Below, in pieces: positions 27,417 to 37,923 of a stretch of DNA of 54,161 nt. The position numbers and the translations under genes were made by a program. The stretch is from Candidatus Levyibacteriota bacterium (GTDB lineage: Bacteria; Patescibacteriota; Microgenomatia; Levybacterales; UBA12049): NCBI GenBank assembly GCA_030651475.1, contig JAUSEW010000035.1, positions 1 through 54,161 of the forward strand. Direction: 5' to 3'. Below the pieces are notes generated by a model. It was not told the DNA's origin, ran no database searches, and worked only from the letters and a program-made list of their open reading frames with translations. How positions within the stretch are numbered: the stretch's first letter is position 1; each line of letters starts with the position of its first letter.

Positions 27417-28376
27417 TTATAGGTTTTTGAAATATGCTATTGTTTGGCCTAGTCCTTTTTCAAGCGGAATTTTAGGCTGCCAATCCAGTAATTTATTAGC
27501 TTTGTTTATATCCGGATTTCTGCTTTTGGGATCATCTTGCGGAAGATCCTCAAAAACTATTTTAGAAGAAGAATTCGTAATCTTTTTTATGATTCTTGCT
27601 ATTTCTAATATTGTCTTTTCGTCGGGATTTCCTAAATTAATCACCTCTCCTTTCGTATTATCAAGAAACATCGCTTTTCTTAAGCCCTCAACCATATCGT
27701 CTATATAACAAAAGCTTCTTGTTTGTTTTCCGCTGCCGTATACCGTTAATGGACTATTGCTAATGGCTTGATTTACGAAATTGGACACCACTCTGCCATC
27801 ATCTATCTGCATATACGGACCGTATGTGTTAAAAATCCTGATAATTCTTGTGTCTAAATTATGCTTTCTAATATATGCCATTGTTATCGCTTCGCCAAAT
27901 CTCTTTCCCTCATCGTATGAAGAGCGTACGCCGTTTGGATTGACATTGCCAAAATAATTTTCTTTTTGCGGGGATACATTCGGATCGCCATAAATTTCAG
28001 ACGATGAGGCATAAAGAAATTTAGCATTATTTTTTTGAGCTAGTTCCAACAAATTATATGTTCCCACGGAGTTAACAAGCAGAGTTTCTATTGGATGATT
28101 TATATAGCTTCTTGGGCTTTTTTTGTTAGGGGATGCAGGAGATGCAAGATGAAAAATAAAATCTATATGCGGTAATTCCAAGCCAATTTTTAGATCTTTG
28201 GAGATATCATAAGATATGAAGCTAAAATTTTTATTTCTCAAAAGGACGTCTATATTTTTTCTATCTCCGGTTATTAAATTGTCTATTGCTATAACTTGGT
28301 ATTTATCATTGAGGAGTTTTTTGCATAGATGCGAACCTATAAATCCTGCGCCTCCGGCAACCAAAACTGTTTGCAT
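27417..28376 (-). CDS. UDP-glucuronate decarboxylase-like NAD-dependent epimerase/dehydratase
   Basis: GGAGFIGSH, HLASPASP, SSSEIYGDP, YDEGKR, RIFNTYGP, QTRSFCY. Confidence 0.85.
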   Translation of the reverse strand: MQTVLVAGGAGFIGSHLCKKLLNDKYQVIAIDNLITGDRKNIDVLLRNKNFSFISYDISKDLKIGLELPHIDFIFHLASPASPNKKSPRSYINHPIETLLVNSVGTYNLLELAQKNNAKFLYASSSEIYGDPNVSPQKENYFGNVNPNGVRSSYDEGKRFGEAITMAYIRKHNLDTRIIRIFNTYGPYMQIDDGRVVSNFVNQAISNSPLTVYGSGKQTRSFCYIDDMVEGLRKAMFLDNTKGEVINLGNPDEKTILEIARIIKKITNSSSKIVFEDLPQDDPKSRNPDINKANKLLDWQPKIPLEKGLGQTIAYFKNL

Positions 28377-28387
28377 ATATTACTTCT

Positions 28388-29362
<975 letters not shown>

Positions 29363-30322
29363 TTAAATTATCTTTCTCCAATAGTCCAGAGTATCTTTTA
29401 AAGTAGTTTCCAATGCGATTTTGGGTTCCCATCCGGTCTTATCTGTAAACTTTTTTCTATCACATATCAATTCTTGTTCATCGGAGGGACGGAAACGTGA
29501 TTTATCAACTTTTATCTCTATATTTTTTTTTGATAACAATAGGAGTTTATCTAGAATTTCAGATATCCTGTAAGATGAACCGCTGCCTATGTTATATACA
29601 TCCCCAACCGCACCTTTTTCTAGGGCAAGAAGATATGCTTTAACCATATCTCGAACATCCGTAAAATCCCTTTTCGCAGAAAGGTTGCCTACGAAAATAG
29701 TTGGCTCTGTTTTACCATTTTCTATCTCTGCAATTTGCTTGGCAAATGACGCAACTACAAATTTAGGAGATTGTCTTGGTCCTATATGATTGAATGGCCT
29801 AACTCTAATTATTTTAAGTCCATATGATAAAAAATATTGGAAACCTAAAAAATCTTGGGCTATTTTGGAAACGGAATATGTATTTGTCGGTCTAAAACTT
29901 GTTTCTTCATCTATAGGCAGGTCTTTTTTGTCAACGATACCGTATACATCCGCTGATGAAATTATAAGTATTTTCGTATCTAAAAGTTTGGACTTACGAA
30001 TTGCTTCCAAAAGATTTATTTGGGCTGTTACATTATTCGTTATGGTTGCTGCGGGATTTGCAAAACTATCAGCAGGAGAGGTTAACGCAGCCAAATGAAA
30101 AACTATGTCCGGCTTATACTCATCTATTAAAAGGTTTACTTTTTTATCATCAAGCAAATTAAGCTTTATGGGTTCAATTTTTTCTTTTATGCCGGCTATC
30201 AAACTTAGACTTTCATCTGTTAAATATGTACCCTTAATAGCAAAGTTACCTAATGATAATAAATATTCTGCTAAAAAACTTCCGGCGAAACCGGTAATTC
30301 CTGTTATAAAAACTTTCTTCAT
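29363..30322 (-). CDS. GDP-4-keto-6-deoxy-D-mannose reductase-like (Rmd) SDR
   Basis: TGITGFAGS, YSVSK, RPFNHIGPRQS, GNLSAKRDFTDVRD; adjacent to gmd. Confidence 0.75.
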   Translation of the reverse strand: MKKVFITGITGFAGSFLAEYLLSLGNFAIKGTYLTDESLSLIAGIKEKIEPIKLNLLDDKKVNLLIDEYKPDIVFHLAALTSPADSFANPAATITNNVTAQINLLEAIRKSKLLDTKILIISSADVYGIVDKKDLPIDEETSFRPTNTYSVSKIAQDFLGFQYFLSYGLKIIRVRPFNHIGPRQSPKFVVASFAKQIAEIENGKTEPTIFVGNLSAKRDFTDVRDMVKAYLLALEKGAVGDVYNIGSGSSYRISEILDKLLLLSKKNIEIKVDKSRFRPSDEQELICDRKKFTDKTGWEPKIALETTLKDTLDYWRKII

Positions 30323-30412
30323 ACGTTCGATACGTTCGGTAAACTCAGTATCGCACTGAGCATTGCCGAATGTGCGACAAGCTCAGTATGACCCTGACGA
30401 AGAATGGGTCAT
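30319..30412. repeat. Compound palindromic mini-element E2 between duplicated ATGA junction sequences
   Basis: TCAT at 30319-22 and 30409-12; stems ATGACCC/GGGTCAT and TTCGGTAA-CTCAGT/ACTGAG-TTGCCGAA. Confidence 0.7.
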
Positions 30413-31701
30413 CTTCCGACACCAACATACGTAAAGCCCATTTGTCTCATTTCAGCTGGATCGTAAATATTTCTTCCGTCCAGTAGGATTGGATTTTCCA
30501 TAATGTTTTTCATTTTCTTTAAATCCAGTTGTCTAAATTCATTCCATTCCGTAACTAAAATCAAAAGATCGGAATCTTTAGCTGCAGCATAGGCATTTTG
30601 GACAAATTCTACATCTTTAAGGAGTTTTCTTGCATTAGTAATTGCAATAGGATCGTAGGCTTTTATTTTCGCCCCCATACTTTGAAGTTTATTAATAATA
30701 GTAATCGAAGGAGCATATCTCATATCATCCGTATCGGGTTTAAACGCTAATCCCAATATTCCAATTGTTTTATTTTCGACTTTACCTCCTAAAAGTTTCC
30801 TTGCTTTTTCAACTATTCTAATCCGGGCTTCTTCATTTATGCTTTCTACGTCCTTAAGAAGGGTGAAGTCGTATCCGTTTTCTCTTGCAATTACTATTAA
30901 GGCTTTTACATCCTTGGGAAAACAGCTGCCGCCAAATCCTGCTCCGCAATCCAGAAACGCCTGCCCAACTCTTTTATCTAATCCTACTGCTTTCAAAACA
31001 TCCGGACCATTTGCCCCGGTTGCCTCTGAAAGGAAAGCGATCGCGTTAGCAAAAGAGATTTTCGTTGCAAGGAAAGCGTTGGAGGCGTACTTTATCATCT
31101 CGGCAGTTTCAATATTTGTCTTAACGACATTTCCGTCAATCGGCCTATGAAGCTCAATTAATAAATCTTGGGCTTTTTTAGACTCTGCTCCTATGATAAT
31201 TCTGTCCGGATGAAGTGTGTCGGAAATTGCCTGTCCTTCACGGAGAAACTCCGGAGATGAAGCTATATCAAAGTTAACTTTTTTAGATTTTACCTTGCTT
31301 ATTATGTCTTTTACTTTTTTATTTGTCCCAACGGGAACAGTACTTTTCGTTATAACTACCGTATAATGAGTGAGGTTTTCTCCTATTTTTTTCGCTACTT
31401 CAAAAACGGTTGATAAATCCGCTTCGCCGCTTGAAGCTGAAGGAGTTCCAACGGCGATAAACACTACGCTTGACCCCTCTATTGGTTTTTTATAATCAAG
31501 AGTAAATAACAAACGCTTAGCTTTAACATTACGTTTGACTATTTCTTCTAATCCCGGCTCGTAAATAGGCAGTATTCCTTTTTTCAGATTTTCTATCTTT
31601 TCCTTTGTATGACCTATCACCCACACGATATTTCCTAAGTCTGCGAAAACCGAAGCTGTTACTAAACCTACATAGCCATGACCCACGAATGTAATTGTCA
31701 T
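30409..31701 (-). CDS. ugd: UDP-glucose/GDP-mannose 6-dehydrogenase
   Basis: VGHGYVG, IAVGTP, KSTVPVG, PEFLREG, KYASNAF, GGSCFPKD, LAFKP. Confidence 0.93.
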   Translation of the reverse strand: MTITFVGHGYVGLVTASVFADLGNIVWVIGHTKEKIENLKKGILPIYEPGLEEIVKRNVKAKRLLFTLDYKKPIEGSSVVFIAVGTPSASSGEADLSTVFEVAKKIGENLTHYTVVITKSTVPVGTNKKVKDIISKVKSKKVNFDIASSPEFLREGQAISDTLHPDRIIIGAESKKAQDLLIELHRPIDGNVVKTNIETAEMIKYASNAFLATKISFANAIAFLSEATGANGPDVLKAVGLDKRVGQAFLDCGAGFGGSCFPKDVKALIVIARENGYDFTLLKDVESINEEARIRIVEKARKLLGGKVENKTIGILGLAFKPDTDDMRYAPSITIINKLQSMGAKIKAYDPIAITNARKLLKDVEFVQNAYAAAKDSDLLILVTEWNEFRQLDLKKMKNIMENPILLDGRNIYDPAEMRQMGFTYVGVGR

Positions 31702-32558
31702 AATAAAGCTATTTGATCTTTTATTTTCCTTAGTCCTTCTTCAAATGTTTTCATCTTAATGCCCAGTTTCTGTATTTTATCATTTTTAATAGCCAGACGA
31801 AAGGGTCTTGGAGCGCGATACTTAAAAAAATCTTTTCTTGTTGTAGTTTCTATAAGTACCTTATCAAAATTAAAAACTTCTGCGATTTTCATAGCTGCTT
31901 CATAAGGACTTATGAAACTATTCCCAACTATATGAAATATTCCTTTCTCATCATTCTTAAGTAATTTATCAAAAGCAAAAGCTATATCGTCAATAAAAGT
32001 TGGAGTCATAATATGATCAGTTACCATACTTAGGGACTCCTTGTTTTTGAAAAAATGGATTAAGTTCCTAACAAAATCTTTCCTTTGAAAGTTTGCTCTA
32101 TAAGGATATGCCAGTCTTGCTATAATCCAATTTAGATTTGAGCTCTGCACAATTTTTTCTCCTTCATATTTAGTTTTTGCGTACCAGTTAACAGGATTGG
32201 GCTTATCTTCTTCCGAATATTCCGATTCCTTCTCCCCATCGAAAACAAAATCCGTTGAAATATAAATTAATTTTTTATTGCTCTTTTCGCAGGCTTCAGC
32301 AACATTCTTAGTCCCCTCAACGTTTATTCTCCAGGCATCACCATTTACTCCTAAAGCTGTATCTTTCTCGCATCCGTCTACATCTGTTTTTGCAGCTAAA
32401 TGGAGAACAACCGAGGCATTGGAATTATTTATTTTTTCACCGATTGCTTCTTTGTCTGTAATATCCGTATCGGAAAATTCAAATTCGTAAGCACCATTAA
32501 GCAATTCAACAATCCTTGACCCAATAAGCCCTGTTAAACCCGTCCCCAAAATCTTCAT
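31698..32558 (-). CDS. rmlD: dTDP-4-dehydrorhamnose reductase
   Basis: ISTDFVFDG, PVNWYAKTK, TPTF, APRP; start moved to ATG 32558. Confidence 0.88.
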   Translation of the reverse strand: MKILGTGLTGLIGSRIVELLNGAYEFEFSDTDITDKEAIGEKINNSNASVVLHLAAKTDVDGCEKDTALGVNGDAWRINVEGTKNVAEACEKSNKKLIYISTDFVFDGEKESEYSEEDKPNPVNWYAKTKYEGEKIVQSSNLNWIIARLAYPYRANFQRKDFVRNLIHFFKNKESLSMVTDHIMTPTFIDDIAFAFDKLLKNDEKGIFHIVGNSFISPYEAAMKIAEVFNFDKVLIETTTRKDFFKYRAPRPFRLAIKNDKIQKLGIKMKTFEEGLRKIKDQIALL

Positions 32559-32608
32559 TGAGAACAATTATATCATCTCTGCTGGGGAATTTTCTTAAAT
32601 GGGATCAA

Positions 32609-33511
32609 TTACGCTTGGGAGGAATTTCTCAGATGCTTGACGTCTATAATGCCGTATGCTGCTGATCTAGCAACCGCGCTTAAAAAGAAACTGTCATTAT
32701 TTATTGTTGTAGTCTTTCCGAGCTGCGATATTGGAATAATAACAACTCCTGCTCGTAATTCATATTTATCAAGATTTAATGGGCTCCCTGAAACTCTTTG
32801 AGCCTCATCTGCATTAATTACAGCAGCAAAAATTCGTGGCTTATTATTTGTCATACCGGCATCAGGCAAAACTTCTCCAAGATCATAAACAGCCTTTATT
32901 TTTAAATCAGACACACCAAGCTCTTCTTTTATTTCCCTATCTATTCTCTGTAATACAGTTTTAATTCCATCAACGTTTAAATCTATGAATCCTCCAACGC
33001 TATCCGATTCTTTTTGTCCAGTTGCAAATTTTTCTCCCCTTAATACCACAAAATGACTTATTTTTCCTCCATTCTCAATAAACACTATACCTTTTGCTCC
33101 GGAATTTGGCCCATATCTCCAACTTACATACTCATAAGTGTACTCATCGCCTTTTTCATTTTTCACCTTAAATGTGGGAATTAAAGCAAAATTTCCTCGA
33201 GGCAACTTAGCAAGTTCCAAAACCTCAATCCCACCCATTTTATCAGGTCTTCCGGCTAAATCAGCCAAAAAACCATCATGATTTTCCCTTCCTTGTTGAG
33301 GTAACTGAGCTAGTTCAAGTTGTAATTCCTTTGATGTTCTTTGAAACCAAGGTCTTGTCATCAAGCTTTCTACAATTAACTTTCTCTTTGGGGTAAGGCC
33401 AACAGAAATCTCGATTAGATGAGCCCACCTATTTTGATCTTTGTACGCTTCAATAGCAGGATTTTCCGGCAGTCTTAAGGTAGGTTTTGGTGAGGAACTA
33501 GATTCTGGCAT
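32609..33511 (-). CDS. Hypothetical protein with C-terminal Nudix-like domain
   Basis: VGGFIDL...REIKEELG resembles an expanded Nudix box; unknown N-terminal half. Confidence 0.55.
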   Translation of the reverse strand: MPESSSSPKPTLRLPENPAIEAYKDQNRWAHLIEISVGLTPKRKLIVESLMTRPWFQRTSKELQLELAQLPQQGRENHDGFLADLAGRPDKMGGIEVLELAKLPRGNFALIPTFKVKNEKGDEYTYEYVSWRYGPNSGAKGIVFIENGGKISHFVVLRGEKFATGQKESDSVGGFIDLNVDGIKTVLQRIDREIKEELGVSDLKIKAVYDLGEVLPDAGMTNNKPRIFAAVINADEAQRVSGSPLNLDKYELRAGVVIIPISQLGKTTTINNDSFFLSAVARSAAYGIIDVKHLRNSSQA

Positions 33512-33518
33512 GCTTCAT

Positions 33519-33547
33519 ATTATAGGATAATAATACAACCATGTCAA
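33519..33547 (-). promoter_or_regulatory. Perfect consensus leaderless-type promoter
   Basis: TTGACA, 17-nt spacer, TATAAT, 7 nt, ATG. Confidence 0.8.
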
Positions 33548-33569
33548 CGTATATGGGATATCTCTAGTC

Positions 33570-34583
33570 TCATTCTTCTCCATATTGCTCTTTGTAATAT
33601 TTTTGATATTCTCCTGTCTTAACTCTTCTCCACCACTCTTCGTTATTTTTATACCAAAAGATTGTTTTTTCCAGCCAATCATCAAATTTGTGGAGAGGAT
33701 TCCAACCTAACTCATTTTTGATTTTACTCCAATCAACCGCATATTTCCTATCATGACCGGGCCTATCTTTAACAAATTCTATAAAACTATCATCTTTTTT
33801 TAAGAAACTTAAGATCTTTTTTGCTACTGTTAAATTATTAATATCTTCCGTAGAACCTCCAATGCAATAAGTTTCTCCAACTTTTCCTTTTTTCAAAACA
33901 GCGTCAATTGCCCTACAATGATCTTCTACATAAAGCCAGTCTCTTACATAAAACCCGTCTCCATATACAGGTATTTTCTTTCCTTCTAAAACATTAGTTA
34001 TTGCAAGAGGTATCATTTTTTCAGGGAATTGATACTGACCGTAATTATTCGAACAATTTGTTATGGTAATGGGTAAATCGTATGTTGCAAAATAAGCCCT
34101 TACCAAATGATCCGATCCGGCTTTACTGGCTGAATAAGGACTTCTGGGATTATAATTTGTTCGTTCATTAAATTTATTCTTATCTTCTAGATTGAGGCTT
34201 CCGTACACCTCATCCGTTGATACGTGGTGAAATCTTTTAATTTTATTCTTTACAGCAGCGTCTAATAAAATCTGTGTTCCGACAATATTTGCCATAATAA
34301 AATCCGCAGGTCTTTTAATTGACCTATCAACATGGCTCTCCGCCGCAAAATGCACCACAACATCTATGCCTTCCATTGCTTTATTAACATCGTTCAAATT
34401 TAAAATATCTCCGTGTATAAAAAAATAATTGGGATTATCTTTAACACTTTTAAGGTTTTCTAAATTGCCGGCATAAGTTAGCTTATCAAGATTAATAATC
34501 TTATCGCTGGGATAATTTCTCATCCAATACAAAATAAAGTTTGATCCTATAAATCCCGCTCCTCCGGTTACAAGAATTTTCAT
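33570..34583 (-). CDS. rmlB: dTDP-glucose 4,6-dehydratase
   Basis: TGGAGFIGSN, HFAAESHVDRS, VSTDEVYG, SPYSASK, NCSNNYG, DRPGHD. Confidence 0.96.
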   Translation of the reverse strand: MKILVTGGAGFIGSNFILYWMRNYPSDKIINLDKLTYAGNLENLKSVKDNPNYFFIHGDILNLNDVNKAMEGIDVVVHFAAESHVDRSIKRPADFIMANIVGTQILLDAAVKNKIKRFHHVSTDEVYGSLNLEDKNKFNERTNYNPRSPYSASKAGSDHLVRAYFATYDLPITITNCSNNYGQYQFPEKMIPLAITNVLEGKKIPVYGDGFYVRDWLYVEDHCRAIDAVLKKGKVGETYCIGGSTEDINNLTVAKKILSFLKKDDSFIEFVKDRPGHDRKYAVDWSKIKNELGWNPLHKFDDWLEKTIFWYKNNEEWWRRVKTGEYQKYYKEQYGEE

Positions 34584-34587
34584 ATTT

Positions 34588-35124
34588 TTATATTTTCTTC
34601 TCTTTTCTTAGTTTATCTAATAATAAAATTCCTATCACGCTGGACGAAACATTGATTTCTCCGGACATAACTTTACCAACAGCATCTTCAAGCGACATCT
34701 TAATAACCTTTATTTCTTCATCATCTTGGAGATTCTGTAAAGTTTTCTCCAATCCTTTCGCTAGAAAAAGATGATTTATCCCTTTAAAAACACTTGAGGC
34801 TATTTCAATTCTTGCCAGTTCTTCCCATTGCGCTGCCGATATTCCAGCCTCCTCCTTAAGCTCTCTTTTGGCAGCAGCAAGAGTAGTTTCATTGCCATCT
34901 ATGAATCCTGCTACAGCTTCCAATGCAATTTTGCCTAAAGTATCTCTATATTGAGAAACCAGATATATATCATATGCTTCGGTTAAGGGAAAAACGGAAA
35001 CTGTGGAATTACGCTTAGCAATGTTATGAATTTTCTTTTTGCCTGTTGATGATAAAAATTTTATTTCCTTAACGCTAAAAAGATCTGCTTTAAAAATTGT
35101 TTTTTGAGAACTCGTATTTTTCAT
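34588..35124 (-). CDS. Nudix hydrolase (ADP-ribose/nucleotide-sugar pyrophosphatase-like)
   Basis: SQYR, EAVAGFID...AKRELKEEAG intact Nudix box. Confidence 0.85.
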   Translation of the reverse strand: MKNTSSQKTIFKADLFSVKEIKFLSSTGKKKIHNIAKRNSTVSVFPLTEAYDIYLVSQYRDTLGKIALEAVAGFIDGNETTLAAAKRELKEEAGISAAQWEELARIEIASSVFKGINHLFLAKGLEKTLQNLQDDEEIKVIKMSLEDAVGKVMSGEINVSSSVIGILLLDKLRKEKKI

Positions 35125-35154
35125 AATAATTAAATTAGGGATGGAGGATTAATT

Positions 35155-35892
35155 TTATAGCTCCCCGTTTTTTACTTTTTGAGCAACCAGATTATTTGCT
35201 TTAAGCAGCTCGTCGTAAGATGTTCCCGCGTCTATCCACCAATCAATAATTCTACATGTCATTGTTCCGTCTTTGAGATAGAAATTATTTAGATCTGTCA
35301 CCTCCAATTCGTTTCGCGCGGACGGAGTAAGGCTTTCTACAAAACTAAACACGCGGCTATCATACATATATATTCCTGTTTGAGCTATGTCCGATTTCGG
35401 GTGCTCCGGCTTTTCTTCGATTGAAATTACTTTTCCTTTATTATCAAGCTCTATAACCCCATATTGCCTAGACTGCGTATCCATTCTGACGCCAAAGACC
35501 ATCGCGCCTTTTTCTTTTTTTTCGAAATCTTTAACAGCGTCCTGCAAATTGAAATTAAAAATATTATCTCCAAGAATTACCAAAATCTTTTCTCCTTTTA
35601 CGAATTCTTTAGCTAAGCTAATTGCATCTGCAATTCCGCCTTTGGGATTTTTTTGAACAGCGTAATACAATTTCATATCAAATTCTTCTCCTGCTCCAAG
35701 TAAGTTCGCGAAATGTCCGGCATGATCCGGAGAACTTGTTAACAACACCTCCTTAATCCCTGCTTTTTTCATTGTCTCAAGAGGATAATAAACCATCGGC
35801 TTATTATAAATAGGCAACAAATGTTTGTTGGTAACCCACGTAAGAGGTCTTAAACGTGTTGCTAATCCTCCTGCTAAAATTACACCTTTCAT
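35155..35892 (-). CDS. rmlA: Glucose-1-phosphate thymidylyltransferase, short form
   Basis: ILAGGLATRLRPLT, NKHLLP, LGDN, EKP, ARNELE, WIDAG. Confidence 0.85.
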   Translation of the reverse strand: MKGVILAGGLATRLRPLTWVTNKHLLPIYNKPMVYYPLETMKKAGIKEVLLTSSPDHAGHFANLLGAGEEFDMKLYYAVQKNPKGGIADAISLAKEFVKGEKILVILGDNIFNFNLQDAVKDFEKKEKGAMVFGVRMDTQSRQYGVIELDNKGKVISIEEKPEHPKSDIAQTGIYMYDSRVFSFVESLTPSARNELEVTDLNNFYLKDGTMTCRIIDWWIDAGTSYDELLKANNLVAQKVKNGEL

Positions 35893-35899
35893 AATTCGA

Positions 35900-36172
35900 T
35901 TACAGTCCGAAACCTCCCTTTAGAATGAACAAAACCATTGATAATCCGATACAACCAACCAAGATATATTCTATCACAATTTTCACATTTAAATCATGAT
36001 TTACCAAATGGTGCAATATTCCCCAGAATATATAAAAAATAGTTACTATAGTAACTTCTATCATCTGAAGCGGTCTGTTTGGGGACGACAAAGAAACAAG
36101 AATTAAGCCAAACGCCAGTATCAGAAACAGGGAGATACCATAACCAATATGGCTATGAAGTTTTTTATACAT
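35900..36172 (-). CDS. Small three-TM hypothetical protein
   Basis: 90 aa, hydrophobic, FWGILHH...EY motif. Confidence 0.65.
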   Translation of the reverse strand: MYKKLHSHIGYGISLFLILAFGLILVSLSSPNRPLQMIEVTIVTIFYIFWGILHHLVNHDLNVKIVIEYILVGCIGLSMVLFILKGGFGL

Positions 36173-37020
36173 CAGACTATTACCCCCTTATTAAGTATGC
36201 CAATCAGAATAATTAACATTACGAAAAATGAAATATGATCCGTATTGTGTCCGACAAAACGTACAATTTTTTTTCTTTCTACAACGATCATGTCTAAAAT
36301 AAAAACTGCGATAAATATATACAATATCGTCTTGTTGATAAGAGAAGACAAAGATAAAGGACTTATGAGACTGCCTTTGACTGCATAATTATTGTTAGAA
36401 ACCGCGGAAGCAACATTTTTAACAGGATTTTTAGGAGGATTATAGACAACTGGCTCCAAACTCTGCCCTCCTAGCTCCTGGACCACCAAAACCGTATCTT
36501 CACCGCTAAGCTTGCCTTCCTCTATAGCAAATCCAACATCTTTATAATTTTGGGAAAGTAAATTTGCTCTATGTAGGGGACTTTCCATCCATGCATTGAC
36601 AACGCTATCCGTATTATCAAATCCACGAGCTAGATTTTCTCCTGCGTATACATAATTATAACCTGCTCCCTTTATAAAAACCCACCATAATGTTTTTCCA
36701 TCAGGAGAATTATGCGCCCAATAGTTTTTTGCGAACATATCTTTGGCTTTATTTACTGCTGCCAAAGAAAGCTTTTCATTCAAAATCAAAGGCGGTAATC
36801 TATTAGCTTCTCTTTTCTGATTAACAATAAGCAGAAGTTTTTGAGAAGAAATGTCTGCAGATATTCCCAAAACAGATGGAAAATTAAATCTTAATGCGGG
36901 AATTAAAAAGCTGGCGCAAAAAATAATGATTAAAACAAATAGAAGGCTTTTGTGATGCAGAAGTTTGGCTCGGTAATTGTTGTTTTCGTGAGGTAAAAAA
37001 TATGAAAGAATACTATGCAT
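36172..37020 (-). CDS. CAP/SCP-domain membrane protein
   Basis: NYWAH, AGENLA, WMESPLHRANLL; start moved to ATG 37020. Confidence 0.85.
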   Translation of the reverse strand: MHSILSYFLPHENNNYRAKLLHHKSLLFVLIIIFCASFLIPALRFNFPSVLGISADISSQKLLLIVNQKREANRLPPLILNEKLSLAAVNKAKDMFAKNYWAHNSPDGKTLWWVFIKGAGYNYVYAGENLARGFDNTDSVVNAWMESPLHRANLLSQNYKDVGFAIEEGKLSGEDTVLVVQELGGQSLEPVVYNPPKNPVKNVASAVSNNNYAVKGSLISPLSLSSLINKTILYIFIAVFILDMIVVERKKIVRFVGHNTDHISFFVMLIILIGILNKGVIV

Positions 37021-37056
37021 GCTTTTAGTATAACACTCCATATAAACGTCAACAAA

Positions 37057-37923
37057 TTAATTCATTTTTCCGAAAACCGGAATTTTCAGAAGAAATGAAA
37101 AAATATTGGCTATAGCCATTCCCACCCTAATCCCTGTCAATGATCCTTTTTCTTTTTGCACTTCTATGGCATTTAAATCTTCTAAGGATATCTTATTTTT
37201 ATTCAAAATGTTATCTATTGCCGATAGAATTAGTTGAGTCTGATTATGGTCGATTTTTTGATGCGCGGCATATTCCTGACCGTTGATTCTTAACCCAATA
37301 ATGATTTTTTCATTGCTTGATGTATCTATCAACAATATCGAATTTGAAATTTTCGTCGCTCCCTTTCTTAAAATTTTCCATGGCTTTATTGAACAATCAA
37401 TGATAGTCGAAACCTTTTCTCCAGATTTACTTTGGTTCGTAATTACGTAATCAACTAGCTTGACTAATCTAGAATTTAAATCTTTAAGCTCGTAAGGTGT
37501 TTTTTCTCCATGAAAATTAGCAGATGGGCCTAAAATCGGAACCCCAACGCCTCTTATCAGAGATAAAACAATCTCGCTATTGGGCATCCTAACACCCAGA
37601 GTATCTCCTCCCCCTCGAACCAGTTTTGGAATTTTATCTGTTTTACATGGAAGTATTATCGTTAACGCTCCCGGCCAATATTTTTCAATTAATTTTTGTT
37701 TAACCTCTTCAGGTATTGGCAATAAATAATCCTGCGTCATCTCAATGCCATCAACCAAAACTGGTGTTGCTTTACCTTCTGGTCTTTTACGGATTTTAAA
37801 TAATTTTTCTATAGCTTGCTTGTTATCAATTCTGCATCCTATACCAAAAGCCGTATCTGTTGGAAATATTACTATTCCTCCGCTTTTTAAAATCTCTACA
37901 GCTTTTTGAATATCATTTTTCAT
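37057..37923 (-). CDS. tsaC: TsaC (Sua5/YrdC) fused to N-terminal half of TsaB
   Basis: PTDTAFG, KRPEGK, WPGALT, GVRMP, SAN then IDTS...GSLTGIRVG. Confidence 0.88.
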   Translation of the reverse strand: MKNDIQKAVEILKSGGIVIFPTDTAFGIGCRIDNKQAIEKLFKIRKRPEGKATPVLVDGIEMTQDYLLPIPEEVKQKLIEKYWPGALTIILPCKTDKIPKLVRGGGDTLGVRMPNSEIVLSLIRGVGVPILGPSANFHGEKTPYELKDLNSRLVKLVDYVITNQSKSGEKVSTIIDCSIKPWKILRKGATKISNSILLIDTSSNEKIIIGLRINGQEYAAHQKIDHNQTQLILSAIDNILNKNKISLEDLNAIEVQKEKGSLTGIRVGMAIANIFSFLLKIPVFGKMN

